A DNA stretch of 64,000 nt from the NCBI GenBank assembly GCA_041483895.1, contig JBGPGO010000011.1:1-64000 (forward strand), given 5' to 3'. This stretch comes from Fimbriimonadia bacterium (GTDB taxonomy: Bacteria > Armatimonadota > Fimbriimonadia > Fimbriimonadales > JABRVX01). Position numbers and translations under genes: made by a program. Below the pieces are notes generated by a model. It ran no database searches. It was not told the origin of the DNA and saw only the letters and a list, made by a program, of their open reading frames with translations. Position 1 is the first letter of the stretch, and each line of letters opens with the position of its first letter. Below, piece after piece: positions 19,061 to 28,726 of this stretch.

Positions 19061-19492
19061 TTAGCTACGCCGAGAATTTCCACTTCGATCATATGGAACT
19101 ATCTTGTCCCACTCGTCGGCGGCCGAGCGGGCGACGACGGCGATGACGGGCTCGGTATCGCTCAGATTGAATACTTCGTGCGGGACGCCGGGTTCGATGA
19201 AGATGAAGTCGCCGGCCTGGTTTTCGACAGATTTTCGCAAACCATCGCCATATTCGTGGCACACGCGGCCTTGGAGGATGTACAGCATGACTTCGAAGCC
19301 CACGTGAATGTGCGCCCCGGCGACGCCTCCCGGCGGAATCGTGGCCACATTCATGGAAAGGTGCTTTGAACCAACGTTCTTTTCGGACATGCCGACCTTG
19401 TAATGGATACCGTTCCAGTCGCGGCAGTTTTCGCCGCCTCGGATAACCAGGATGCCGTCTTCCCCCTCCACCGGCTTACGCAGGTCTACCAT
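19061..19492 (-). CDS. Cupin domain protein
   Basis: AHIHVGFE and GDFIFIEPGVPH cupin motifs. Confidence 0.9.
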   Translation of the reverse strand: MVDLRKPVEGEDGILVIRGGENCRDWNGIHYKVGMSEKNVGSKHLSMNVATIPPGGVAGAHIHVGFEVMLYILQGRVCHEYGDGLRKSVENQAGDFIFIEPGVPHEVFNLSDTEPVIAVVARSAADEWDKIVPYDRSGNSRRS

Positions 19493-19501
19493 GTTCGCAC
19501 C

Positions 19502-20713
19502 TCATTTCGGAAACAGTTTATTGAACCAGTCCGGCAGGTTGTCCAATCGAGCGGTTTTGGTTGGGACGACAACCGTCATGGTCTTGGTATCGACGACCAA
19601 CATCACCGACGCTCGATTGAGCCCTAATCTTCTGCAGAAAGGCCCAGCTAGGCCATGGCCGTCGAAGATGCTGCGCGATGTGGACATGCCGATTGAAGCT
19701 GCATCGATGCATGCCTGCTTATCCTCCGGCTTGGCGACGCAAACGCCTATGACGGCCAATCCCTTGGATCCGAAGTTCTCAAGCAGCGTGGACAGCCTTG
19801 CCAGCAAGCCTGAGGCCGTACCTGGGGTTGGCGACCAGGAAACAAAGATGACCTTCTTCCCACCATAATCTTCCGGGAACTTAATCACGGTGCCGTCCAG
19901 CGCCGGCGCCCGGAACGGTTCGATTTTCGCGCCAAGCCCTGTGTCGTAGAACGACGGAGTGTCCTCAACATTATCGAATTCCACCAAGGTGCCGGATGGA
20001 TTGATCTTGCGAACCCGGAACGGCTTGCCACTGAGTTTGAATGTCCGTGACGGGTCAACTTTCTCGAATTGGCCATGGATTCGTTCGTCCCGGTCGAAAT
20101 CTATGTATAAATCCAGTTTGCTGGGCCCATTTCCCTCATATCCGTAGGCGCCGCGGGTCGTCGGATCGTCGAGCCAAGCTTTGTATGTTTTTCCACCGAG
20201 CATAACTTGACCCGTTCTGCCATACCGGCGGACGACGAGGAGAGTGTTGGCTGGAGCGGTCGTTTCCGGATTGAATTCTGCCACCGCCAGATTGATTGGA
20301 TATTGATACTCTTTCCCGTCCTGGGTTCGAGTGATGGTCAATTCCGCAGCATGGGTCACGAGTTCGGTCGGTTTCTGTTCCTTTGACGGGACCATGGAGG
20401 CGTTTCTCTTGGAAGGGAATTTTTCATCGTCCTTGAATTCTCCATCGCGATTGAGATCGACATAGAAAGTCCAGGTATCTTTTTGCATGCCTACGCTGAA
20501 TTCGTTGCCATCGAACGTAAAGGCCGCATACAGAGCGTCACCCGGCAGCGGCGTTTTGACGGTGCGCGGCGCGGGACCTAATTTGTATCCGGACGGGTTC
20601 CCGGGTCCGAACAGCTTTTGCTCCTCCGGGGTCGCCGGAGCCAGCGTTGCTCGCCCCTCAGCGCCGGCTGCTTGCAACACAGAGGTCATGCAAACAAGGT
20701 AAATATGAAACAT
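19502..20713 (-). CDS. Secreted protein with C-terminal thioredoxin/AhpC-like fold lacking CxxC
   Basis: DLNRDGEF loop; FRAPALDG..IKFPEDYGGKKVIFVSW. Confidence 0.7.
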   Translation of the reverse strand: MFHIYLVCMTSVLQAAGAEGRATLAPATPEEQKLFGPGNPSGYKLGPAPRTVKTPLPGDALYAAFTFDGNEFSVGMQKDTWTFYVDLNRDGEFKDDEKFPSKRNASMVPSKEQKPTELVTHAAELTITRTQDGKEYQYPINLAVAEFNPETTAPANTLLVVRRYGRTGQVMLGGKTYKAWLDDPTTRGAYGYEGNGPSKLDLYIDFDRDERIHGQFEKVDPSRTFKLSGKPFRVRKINPSGTLVEFDNVEDTPSFYDTGLGAKIEPFRAPALDGTVIKFPEDYGGKKVIFVSWSPTPGTASGLLARLSTLLENFGSKGLAVIGVCVAKPEDKQACIDAASIGMSTSRSIFDGHGLAGPFCRRLGLNRASVMLVVDTKTMTVVVPTKTARLDNLPDWFNKLFPK

Positions 20714-20726
20714 AGAGCCTCCATTC

Positions 20727-21227
20727 TTGACTGACGAGAGTGAAATCGGACCCGTCTTATGCAGTGTAGGCGAACCGCGAAGCAGAATGCCAGACCAGTC
20801 AACCGTGGAATCGAAGGAGCTGACCTGGAGCGTGCATCTTGCGGCTCTGGAACCGAGAAAGGTGGCGGTCATCGTCGTTGCCGCCGTTTTTGCCGGTTTC
20901 ATGGCCCATTGGCTGCTCGGAAACATATTCTTTACGATTTTCGGGGGCGGAATGGTTCTCGCGAGCACCTCGGAATTCCTTTTACCGTCGCATTACAAGG
21001 TATCCGAACAGGGAGCGTCGTCCCGCTGGGGGGTCAATGTGACCTCCATTCGGTGGGAGGACGTGAAGCGGATTCGGGCCGATGAGAAGGGAATGAAGCT
21101 GTCCCCGTTTGCGGAAAACAGCCGTTTGGAGGCATTTCGTGGAGTATATTTGCGTTTTGCCAACAATCGGCAGGAAGTTGAAGATGCCGTGCGGTATTGG
21201 TACAAGAACCATGAAATTGTGGGATGA
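20727..21227 (+). CDS. Hypothetical membrane protein (2 TM + PH-like domain)
   Basis: Two TM helices then IRWEDVK...LSPF...RLEAFRGVYLRF; first gene of the operon. Confidence 0.75.
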   Translation: MTDESEIGPVLCSVGEPRSRMPDQSTVESKELTWSVHLAALEPRKVAVIVVAAVFAGFMAHWLLGNIFFTIFGGGMVLASTSEFLLPSHYKVSEQGASSRWGVNVTSIRWEDVKRIRADEKGMKLSPFAENSRLEAFRGVYLRFANNRQEVEDAVRYWYKNHEIVG

Positions 21228-21531
21228 ACCCCTCACGGACGAGAAAAAGGCGGAGATTGTGGAGACCATCGCCGGTCAGGTGATGAAGCGTGGTCTCAGC
21301 GTTCCGGCGATCCTATTTCTCGAAATGCACAAGCCGCTCGCCCGCGTCGCGGCCAACGCCTCCATCGTTTTCTCTCCCTTTATCATTCCGTTCACCGGTT
21401 TTGGGCCGTTCGACCGCTATTCTCAGTTTTTTGAAGAGCGAACGAATGTGGAGGCCGTGATCCGACGCATCGAGGAGTTGGAGGCGGAGAAGAAAATTCA
21501 ACCAAAGGACCCAGCGCATGCAACACGCTGA
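21211..21531 (+). CDS. Hypothetical protein
   Basis: PAILFLEMHKPL motif; overlaps both neighbours. Confidence 0.75.
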   Translation: MKLWDEPLTDEKKAEIVETIAGQVMKRGLSVPAILFLEMHKPLARVAANASIVFSPFIIPFTGFGPFDRYSQFFEERTNVEAVIRRIEELEAEKKIQPKDPAHATR

Positions 21532-22336
21532 TCAGAATTGGTTTGTCGCCGCACTCCTGTGGCTATTTGTTCTGTTCATTTTGGGCGCGATCGTCGTTGC
21601 GAAGCGTGGCAAGGAACTCTACATTCGGAAGATTCCCGGATTGACCGCCATTGACGAGGCCGTCGGCCGGGCTCTAGAGATGGGCCGGCCCATCTTGATG
21701 GTTCCAGGCATCGGCGCGCTCAATACGATTTCCGTGCAGGCGCTGCAGATTTTCAACTATATCACCCGCACGGCGGCGAAGTATGGCAATCCGATCCGCC
21801 TGGCCTGCTTGGACGCGGCGGTGTATGCGGTGGCGCAGGAGATCATTCAGGACGCCTATCAGGCGGAGGACCGTATGGCGGACTATGACCCCGATTCGGT
21901 CCAATTCGTTGCGGCGCAGCAGTTCGCATTCGCGGCGGGCGTTGCGGGCATGATCCAACGGGAACGGATCGCGGCGTCCTTTTTGTTGGGTGAATGGTTC
22001 GCGGAGTCGCTGATCTTTGCGGAGTCGGGAAACATGGTCGGGGCCATACAGGTGGCAGGTTCCACTCAAACGACACAGACGCCGTTCTTCGTCGCCGCTT
22101 GCGACTATGTGATTATCGGCGACGAATTCTATGCCGGCAGCGCATTCCTGACCCGCGAGCCGGTTTTGATGGGAAGTATTGTCGCACAAGATATGTGCAA
22201 GGCGCTTCTGCTGGCAAGCATCGTCATCGGTGCCATTTGGACTTCGGTTGCGGCGACCAACCACGACTTTTACAACAAATTCAAATCGGTGTACGGCACC
22301 GATGGCTGGGACCGGGTATTTGGAGGCAAGCCTTGA
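21518..22336 (+). CDS. DUF6754-like membrane protein
   Basis: YIRKIPGLTAIDEAVGRALEMGRP, AESLIFAE, PFFVAACDYVIIGDEFYA. Confidence 0.8.
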   Translation: MQHADQNWFVAALLWLFVLFILGAIVVAKRGKELYIRKIPGLTAIDEAVGRALEMGRPILMVPGIGALNTISVQALQIFNYITRTAAKYGNPIRLACLDAAVYAVAQEIIQDAYQAEDRMADYDPDSVQFVAAQQFAFAAGVAGMIQRERIAASFLLGEWFAESLIFAESGNMVGAIQVAGSTQTTQTPFFVAACDYVIIGDEFYAGSAFLTREPVLMGSIVAQDMCKALLLASIVIGAIWTSVAATNHDFYNKFKSVYGTDGWDRVFGGKP

Positions 22337-24336
22337 AGCGATTCGCCGGGCTATCCGTTCTTGCGACCGTGCTGCTGGTGGCGGGCTGCGGCGGCAAGAA
22401 GGATGAGGTCGTCAAATCGGGGGACCGCCTGTCTATTTTTGCCGACGGCGCTCCACACGATGTCATCGTCGGTCCGGACGGACGAGTTGATCTCGGTCCA
22501 TTGGGCATTTACGATGCTGTTGGCAGGCAGTTTTCCGACGTGGCGCGCGAGATCTCGGACCATGTCAAGGTAACCCCGATGCCGGAGTATGATATCCATT
22601 TCTTTGGCGTCGCCGATCGGCCGATCGGAACCCCTCTCGACCATTTCCAACCCGGCGATATCGCGCTCGTTGATATCAGCGGCACAGACGTAGAAGCGGA
22701 AGTCTCTCCGACCGGAGATATCACTTTGCCGGAGATCGGCACATTGAATGTTGGCGAACTGAACTTTGGTGACGCCACGAAACGAGTCATCGACGCGTGG
22801 CATCGGGCATATCCCGACAAGCCCGCGGATTCGGATCCAAAAGTGCTCGTTCGACTCGCAGGCGTCGCGCCCAGAGTTCCCGGATACCCCTACGATCGAT
22901 TTGTCGGCAAAGACAGAGTTCACTTGAAGATCGGTGAAGTTGAGATCGATGTCGAAGTCAAGCCCGCAACAGGAATGATTGCGGTACCGGGCGGAGTAGG
23001 ACCGGTGCGGATTGCGAATCAGACGGCCGCCGGCGCGATTCAACGAATTCAAAATGCTTGGAGGCAGCGCAAGGTCGGCAGCTTTATTGATAGGGTTGAC
23101 GTAGTGCGCCCCGGCGAGAAATTGATCGTCAACTTCGACAACAAAGTGAGCACCTTAACGGTCGCCTCCGACGGCATGTTGACGGTTCCTGGGGTCGATC
23201 CGGTGCCGGCCGATATGAAGACAACGGACGAAATTGTGGGGGCCATCAGCGCCGCATGGGCGGCAAAGCAAACGCAACCCGTATTCCAGATCCGGGGTCA
23301 ACTGGATAACGAAGGCAAGATCGTTCCCGATTCGGACGTTCAGTACACTGTCGATGGCGAGACGTTCGTCGTGCCGCTTGCCGACGACAGCAACGGCGGA
23401 TTCTACAACGGCTTTTACAAAGTGGGCGAAGTGCGAATAGCCGGCCACACGATCGACGAAGCGCAGAATGCCATTGCGGATGCTTGGAAATCGCAGCTAT
23501 CCGTGCATGTGTTCGTCGAGAAGCCTTCCGGGTACATCAAGCATGGTTGGAGTTTTTGGCTGGCGGTCGGCGGGATATTGGTCGGCATGTTCGTCCTTTT
23601 CTTCGGTCTAACCAAAGTACACAGCCGCATCCGACGGTTGGTTGTCGCGACATGCGTTTTCGTGACGGGCGCGTTTTGGGTGTTTGAATTCTTCCTTCCG
23701 ACGGCGCAAGAAGGCCCGAAGCAGGGGCAGAACTTCCTCACCGAGTACATTACTTCGGTCGCCGCTCCAGCATCCAATGTCGTATCCGGAGTCCTGCTCG
23801 GGTTGGGCGTCTATTCGTTGCTTCGGGTACACGGCGGACGCGTTGTAAAGAGACAAAAGGATTGGTCGTTTAGCTTGATTTTGCTGCTTATCATCCCAGT
23901 GATGGCGGGGGTGATGCTGGTCTATTACGGTCCGGACAACGCTTACACGCTCAAGCCGTTTTGGCACGATACGAGGAATGTAGTATTCGAAAGAGGCTAT
24001 GCGTCGATGGATGCGGCCATGTTCTCGATGATCGCCTTCTTCATCATGTCGGCGGCTTACCGAGCGTTTCGATTGCGCTCCATCGAGGCCTCCATCTTAA
24101 TGCTGACTGCTCTCATCGTGCTGCTGGGTCTCCTTCCGATTGGCGCTCTGATCACGAGCAAATTGCCGATTGAAGGTTTTGCAAGCTCGCTCCGGATCGA
24201 GAATGTGGCCCAATGGTTCCTATTGACGATCAGCACTCCGGCTCTCCGGGCGATTGAATTCGGCATCGGCGTCGGCGTCCTCGCGATGTCGCTCAGGATT
24301 TGGCTCAATCTCGAACGCGGAGCGTTATTCGATTAG
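22333..24336 (+). CDS. Lipoprotein-signal protein with 5 Poly_export (Wza-like) repeats fused to a polytopic membrane domain
   Basis: TTG start, LVAG-C lipobox; repeated (D/T)Gx(I/V)xLPxxGxxxxxGxTxxE; C-terminus MFSMIAFFIMSAAYRAFR. Confidence 0.8.
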   Translation: MKRFAGLSVLATVLLVAGCGGKKDEVVKSGDRLSIFADGAPHDVIVGPDGRVDLGPLGIYDAVGRQFSDVAREISDHVKVTPMPEYDIHFFGVADRPIGTPLDHFQPGDIALVDISGTDVEAEVSPTGDITLPEIGTLNVGELNFGDATKRVIDAWHRAYPDKPADSDPKVLVRLAGVAPRVPGYPYDRFVGKDRVHLKIGEVEIDVEVKPATGMIAVPGGVGPVRIANQTAAGAIQRIQNAWRQRKVGSFIDRVDVVRPGEKLIVNFDNKVSTLTVASDGMLTVPGVDPVPADMKTTDEIVGAISAAWAAKQTQPVFQIRGQLDNEGKIVPDSDVQYTVDGETFVVPLADDSNGGFYNGFYKVGEVRIAGHTIDEAQNAIADAWKSQLSVHVFVEKPSGYIKHGWSFWLAVGGILVGMFVLFFGLTKVHSRIRRLVVATCVFVTGAFWVFEFFLPTAQEGPKQGQNFLTEYITSVAAPASNVVSGVLLGLGVYSLLRVHGGRVVKRQKDWSFSLILLLIIPVMAGVMLVYYGPDNAYTLKPFWHDTRNVVFERGYASMDAAMFSMIAFFIMSAAYRAFRLRSIEASILMLTALIVLLGLLPIGALITSKLPIEGFASSLRIENVAQWFLLTISTPALRAIEFGIGVGVLAMSLRIWLNLERGALFD

Positions 24337-24347
24337 GGGAAAAGTCT

Positions 24348-25232
24348 ATGGCAACGAACGAACCGACAACAACTATATGGGAGAAGCTGCAGGCGATCGA
24401 TCGAAGGATCCTCTACCTGATCCTGATCGTGGTCGTCAGCATGTTCATTATCTTTCCGTTCGATTTGCCGAACGATCCTCTGCCGCAATCGCGCGCGCTT
24501 TATGATGCGGTCAACGGCTTGCCGAACGGCAGCCCCATTATCATCGCTTCCGAATGGACCATGTCCTCTCGAGGGGAAAACATCTATCAGTTCAAGTCCC
24601 TCGTCCGTCTTTGCATGCTCAAGCAGCACAAGATCGTGCTGATGACCATTTCCGAGCCTGCGGCGGTCGGCTTCGCGCTCGGCGCATTCCAAGACGTAAA
24701 CAACGAACCGGGACACAAGCGATATGCTGAAGGGACGGATTTCGTAAATATCGGCTACCGCCCCAATGGCGACGCGTTCATCCAGTCAATGGCCGCGGAT
24801 CTGTCCGGCACTCTGGGCCAAGTGCAGGTTCTTGGCCAACCGGCCAACCGGCTCGAAATGCTGAAGGATATTCACAGCCTGCGCGACATCAAGATAATCG
24901 TCGATGTAACAGCTTCCTCGACAAACAACAGTTTCATGGCGTTTACAGGCGGCCTGACGGAGTACGGCCTGATGTGTACTGGCGTCATGTTCCCCGAGGC
25001 CTTGCCCTACGTCGCGACCGGCCAGATCGTCGGTGTGGCCAACGGCGCAAGAGGCGCCTACGATTTTGAGACGATGATGAAGCACGACTACCCGGACGCC
25101 ACGAAGAACGTCAAGGGGGCGAAGGCATACATGACGCCGCTGACAGGCGCCATGGCCCTCCTCATGACGGCGATTGTCGTCGGGAACATCGCGATGGGCC
25201 AAGCCCGCAAGACTCGGGAGAGGGAGGCCTAA
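24348..25232 (+). CDS. Hypothetical membrane protein (DUF6754-cluster partner)
   Basis: IDRRILYL TM, YxEGTDFVNIGY, PYVATGQIVG..GARGAYDFE, C-terminal TM. Confidence 0.8.
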   Translation: MATNEPTTTIWEKLQAIDRRILYLILIVVVSMFIIFPFDLPNDPLPQSRALYDAVNGLPNGSPIIIASEWTMSSRGENIYQFKSLVRLCMLKQHKIVLMTISEPAAVGFALGAFQDVNNEPGHKRYAEGTDFVNIGYRPNGDAFIQSMAADLSGTLGQVQVLGQPANRLEMLKDIHSLRDIKIIVDVTASSTNNSFMAFTGGLTEYGLMCTGVMFPEALPYVATGQIVGVANGARGAYDFETMMKHDYPDATKNVKGAKAYMTPLTGAMALLMTAIVVGNIAMGQARKTREREA

Positions 25233-25952
25233 ATGATCGTTGCGCAGCTCATCGCGGCTCGTCAGGCCGAGTACTTCGGGACGCTGTGGTGGTTCTATTC
25301 GGTCGCCGCGGTGGCAACCATCGGCCTCTACTCGATCCTCTATCGTGAGAACAAATTCTATCGGCTGGTCGAGCACATCTACCTTGGCCTATCGGCAGGT
25401 GTGGTCATCGCGCTGACATGGACCCAAGAGATGCGCGGGATATGGTGGGTACCGTTCTACGACATGGGCTACTATTGGTGGATCATCCCGGTCCCAATCG
25501 CGATGCTGGGGTATACGGTCTTCTCAAAGAACACAGGATGGATGAGTCGCGTTCCGATCGGCATCCTCCTGGGACTCTGGGCCGGCCAACGATTTAAGGA
25601 GTTCGCTAACCGCTGGCTGCCGCAAGTGCAGAAGACGATGCTTCCGGTCATCCCAAATTCTCCGGGCCTCTACCCAGGGCCGAAGGCCGCCCCTGTCGAC
25701 GCGCTCTATGCCTCGACGGCAATCAACAACCTGCTGCTCGTCCTGACGACCCTGGCCGTGCTGAGCTATTTCTTCTTCTCGTTCGAGCAAAAGTCACGGC
25801 TGGTGAAAGGCAGCTCAACGACGGGGCGTTGGCTGCTCATGGTGGCGTTTGGGGCGATCTTCGGTTCGACGATCATGAACCGATTTATTTTGATGATCGA
25901 CCGCATGTACTTCTTGCTGATCGAATGGCTGCACGTCCGGCCACCGATGTAG
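25233..25952 (+). CDS. Hypothetical polytopic membrane protein (DUF6754-cluster partner)
   Basis: YSILYRENKFYRLVEHIYLG, GRWLLMVAFGAIFGSTIMNR. Confidence 0.8.
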   Translation: MIVAQLIAARQAEYFGTLWWFYSVAAVATIGLYSILYRENKFYRLVEHIYLGLSAGVVIALTWTQEMRGIWWVPFYDMGYYWWIIPVPIAMLGYTVFSKNTGWMSRVPIGILLGLWAGQRFKEFANRWLPQVQKTMLPVIPNSPGLYPGPKAAPVDALYASTAINNLLLVLTTLAVLSYFFFSFEQKSRLVKGSSTTGRWLLMVAFGAIFGSTIMNRFILMIDRMYFLLIEWLHVRPPM

Positions 25953-26026
25953 GTGCTGGGTCTTGGGTATCGATCTGCGCGGAGTATCGGCTACAGTGAA
26001 CGCCAGCACATCGCGAATTTGTTAGG

Positions 26027-26770
26027 GTGGGGGTTCTTCGTTTGTCCGCACGCACCTATCCCGTAGAAGCCATCGTCCTCCGCAGCCGTGATCTTGGGGA
26101 AAACGACCGGATGCTGACCCTGTACACGCGGGAGCGAGGCCGGATGACGGTCATCGCAAAGGGAGCGCGAAAGCAAGGCAGCCACTTGGCGGGCTGCAGC
26201 GACGCCCTGACTTTCTGTTCTTTTCTGCTCGCTCACGGAAGGCAATTCGATTACGTCACGCAAGCACAGCCGCTGCGATCGTTCGTGAATGTCCGGCGGG
26301 ATCTTTCGCGGCTGGGGCATGCATTGGTGATTGCCGAATTGATCGAGCGGGCGACGCCGGAGCATCAGCCGAACGAGCGTTTCTATGATCAGGTCCTGAT
26401 CGTGATGGAGCTATTTGACGGAGATTTGGACCCAACATGCGCGATGCTCTGGGGCGAGTTGAAATTCGCGCAGATTTTGGGATACGCGCCAGTGCTGGAT
26501 CGGTGCGCGCGGTGTGGGAGGGAATTGGGCGCCAAGGCGACGTTTTCCGCGGATGCCGGGGGATTGATGTGTGGTGCGTGCCCCGCGAAGGACGGGCTTC
26601 CGCTTACCGAGGTGGCCGTGGCGGAGATGCGGGTCCTCCAGATCAGTTCGGAACCTCCCCACGCGCTCAAAGCCGCCGGGGCGATCCGGAGGGCGTTGCG
26701 CAGGCTGTGGGGACATGTTTTGGATGCGGAGCTGAAATCCGATCGCTTCTTGGACGACGTGCTGAACTAG
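26027..26770 (+). CDS. recO: DNA repair protein RecO
   Basis: AIVLRSRDLGENDRMLTLYT..GRM..IAKGAR; C4 Zn motif. Confidence 0.93.
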   Translation: MGVLRLSARTYPVEAIVLRSRDLGENDRMLTLYTRERGRMTVIAKGARKQGSHLAGCSDALTFCSFLLAHGRQFDYVTQAQPLRSFVNVRRDLSRLGHALVIAELIERATPEHQPNERFYDQVLIVMELFDGDLDPTCAMLWGELKFAQILGYAPVLDRCARCGRELGAKATFSADAGGLMCGACPAKDGLPLTEVAVAEMRVLQISSEPPHALKAAGAIRRALRRLWGHVLDAELKSDRFLDDVLN

Positions 26771-26783
26771 GTATCCTTGCGCC

Positions 26784-27347
26784 ATGCCGGTATTGCCCAA
26801 ATCGTTCTATCTGCGTCCGACATTGGAGGTTGCGCGGGACCTGCTCGGGTGCTTCCTTTTCTATGATGGCGCGCGGGCGCGGATTGTGGAGGTGGAAGGG
26901 TATCTGTGCGACGACGAGGCTTGCCACGCGAGTCGGGGGGAGACGCCGCGAAACGCCACCATGTTTCGAGAAGGCGGCCGGATCTACATTTATCGCAGCT
27001 ATGGCATTCACTTTTGCGCGAATGCGGTGACGGGGCCGGCCGGGATCGGCGAGGCGGTTCTGCTGCGCTCTGCGGAGCCATTGGAAGGTATCGATTTGAT
27101 GCGTGGTCGCCGGGGCGCTGTTCCGGACCATCGTTTGCTGGCGGGACCGGGGAATTTGACGAAGGGTCTTGGACTTTCGACCGAACAGGACAACTATCTT
27201 TTGACGGATGGCGTGTTGCGAATCGAGCAGGGTGAGGCGGTGGCGGACGGCGATGTGGTGCAGACGACACGCATCGGCTTGACGAAAAACGTTGAGGCGC
27301 CGTGGCGATATTATGTCCGCGGGTCTCGCTGCGTGTCGCGAAAATGA
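26784..27347 (+). CDS. mpg: DNA-3-methyladenine glycosylase (AAG/MPG family)
   Basis: VARDLLG, RIVEVEGY, YIYRSYGIHFCAN, AVLLR, GPGNL, RIG. Confidence 0.93.
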   Translation: MPVLPKSFYLRPTLEVARDLLGCFLFYDGARARIVEVEGYLCDDEACHASRGETPRNATMFREGGRIYIYRSYGIHFCANAVTGPAGIGEAVLLRSAEPLEGIDLMRGRRGAVPDHRLLAGPGNLTKGLGLSTEQDNYLLTDGVLRIEQGEAVADGDVVQTTRIGLTKNVEAPWRYYVRGSRCVSRK

Positions 27348-28066
27348 TCCAATGGTGGTCCGGGCTGTTCCTTGCCGCGATGGTGTCGTTGGTGGCATTG
27401 CGGCTTGGCTGGCTGACGCTTGGCGGCGCTCTGGTCGCATGCTTGGTTGGAGGATTTGCGTTCGGCCGGTTTGGGCTGATCGGGGCCGGGGCGCTGTTGA
27501 CATTTTTCGTTACTTCGACATTGCTTGGACGGTCGCGGGGCAAGGTTTCGGAGGGACCGCGCACGGCGATGCAGGTGTTTGCGAATGGGGGCGTGGCATC
27601 CTACTTTGCGCTGTATGGCTCGGTGGAGGGATGGGTCGGATTTGTTTGCGCTCTGGCGGCTGCGAATGCGGATACCTGGGCGACGGAGATCGGCCTAAGA
27701 TTTGGCGGAAATCCTCGGAATATCGTGACGTGGAGGCGGGTCGATGCGGGAGCCTCCGGTGGCGTGACTTTGATCGGGTTTGTTGGGGCTGCGGCGGGTT
27801 CGATGCTGATGGCGTTGTGGGCGCCGGAGGTTATGAGAGTGGTACTTCTTGCGGGGTTCTTGGGCGCCTTGTTCGATAGCCTCCTCGGGGCAGCGCTGCA
27901 GGCGCGATTTGTGTGCGGCGAATGCGGGGCGGCCCTAGAGGGATCGCGGCATTGCGGCCAGGATGCCAGGTGCGTACGGGGATGGAGTCTCTTGGATAAC
28001 GATGGGGTCAATTTTGCGATGACCCTGTTTGCCGCTTTGGGCGGCATTTTCTTGTTTACGCGCTGA
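27344..28066 (+). CDS. DUF92 integral membrane protein
   Basis: QVFANGG, ADTWATEIG, GASGGVT, DSLLGA. Confidence 0.9.
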   Translation: MIQWWSGLFLAAMVSLVALRLGWLTLGGALVACLVGGFAFGRFGLIGAGALLTFFVTSTLLGRSRGKVSEGPRTAMQVFANGGVASYFALYGSVEGWVGFVCALAAANADTWATEIGLRFGGNPRNIVTWRRVDAGASGGVTLIGFVGAAAGSMLMALWAPEVMRVVLLAGFLGALFDSLLGAALQARFVCGECGAALEGSRHCGQDARCVRGWSLLDNDGVNFAMTLFAALGGIFLFTR

Positions 28067-28092
28067 GGGAACGGCAGTTTTGGAGAAGATAA

Positions 28093-28253
28093 CGTTGTCA
28101 TTCCGAAGCGGAGCAAGGAATCCCTTTCAGAACCTCTCGACGCCCACCAACGCCGCAACATCGCAGGGCCCCCGGAAAGGGATTCCTCGCTCCGCTTCGG
28201 AATGACAACGGCAGCGGGAAAAAAAGGGATTCCTCGACTGGCTCGGAATGACA
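28093..28253. repeat. Palindromic intergenic repeat (36-bp inverted repeat plus a third partial copy)
   Basis: CGTTGTCATTCCGAAGCGGAGCAAGGAATCCCTTTC (28093-28128) pairs with 28175-28210 at 1 mismatch; variant half at about 28223-28253. Confidence 0.9.
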
Positions 28254-28261
28254 GCGCTCTG

Positions 28262-28693
28262 CTACTTGCCTAGATCAGAAAAACGGGAGGCGCTGGGGTC
28301 GAGCGCCTTTCGCAAGTCGGCATACGCGGCTTCCACCTTTTCCCGAATTTGCGAGGCCTGAGTTGCCGCCTCGGTGCCCGCCTCGAATCGCGTGGGATCA
28401 GTGCGGCGCATCAGCTTTTGGTACGCGCTGCGGACAATCGCAAAACTCGCGCCGGGCTCGAGGGCGAGAACCGCGTATTGCTGATCCAGCGAATTTGGCT
28501 TCGGCGGCTGGGCAACCGGCGGCGAGGTGGGCGCGGGCGGGACGGAAGGGTTCATTTCATCGAGCTCCTGCGCTGCTGTATGGCGGCCGCCACCCCACTC
28601 GGCGTCGGCATCGTCCACGATTCCCCGTATTCGCTCCCATTCACGCTCCACATATCCGCTGAGGATTCTGTAAAAGCGCTGTGCCTCGTCCAT
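28262..28693 (-). CDS. Protein with C-terminal J-like domain
   Basis: YAVLALEPGAS..VRSAYQKLMRRTDP...EAAY. Confidence 0.75.
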   Translation of the reverse strand: MDEAQRFYRILSGYVEREWERIRGIVDDADAEWGGGRHTAAQELDEMNPSVPPAPTSPPVAQPPKPNSLDQQYAVLALEPGASFAIVRSAYQKLMRRTDPTRFEAGTEAATQASQIREKVEAAYADLRKALDPSASRFSDLGK

Positions 28694-28726
28694 ATTCGGA
28701 TTGTACCCGTGTACCATAATGGTCCC

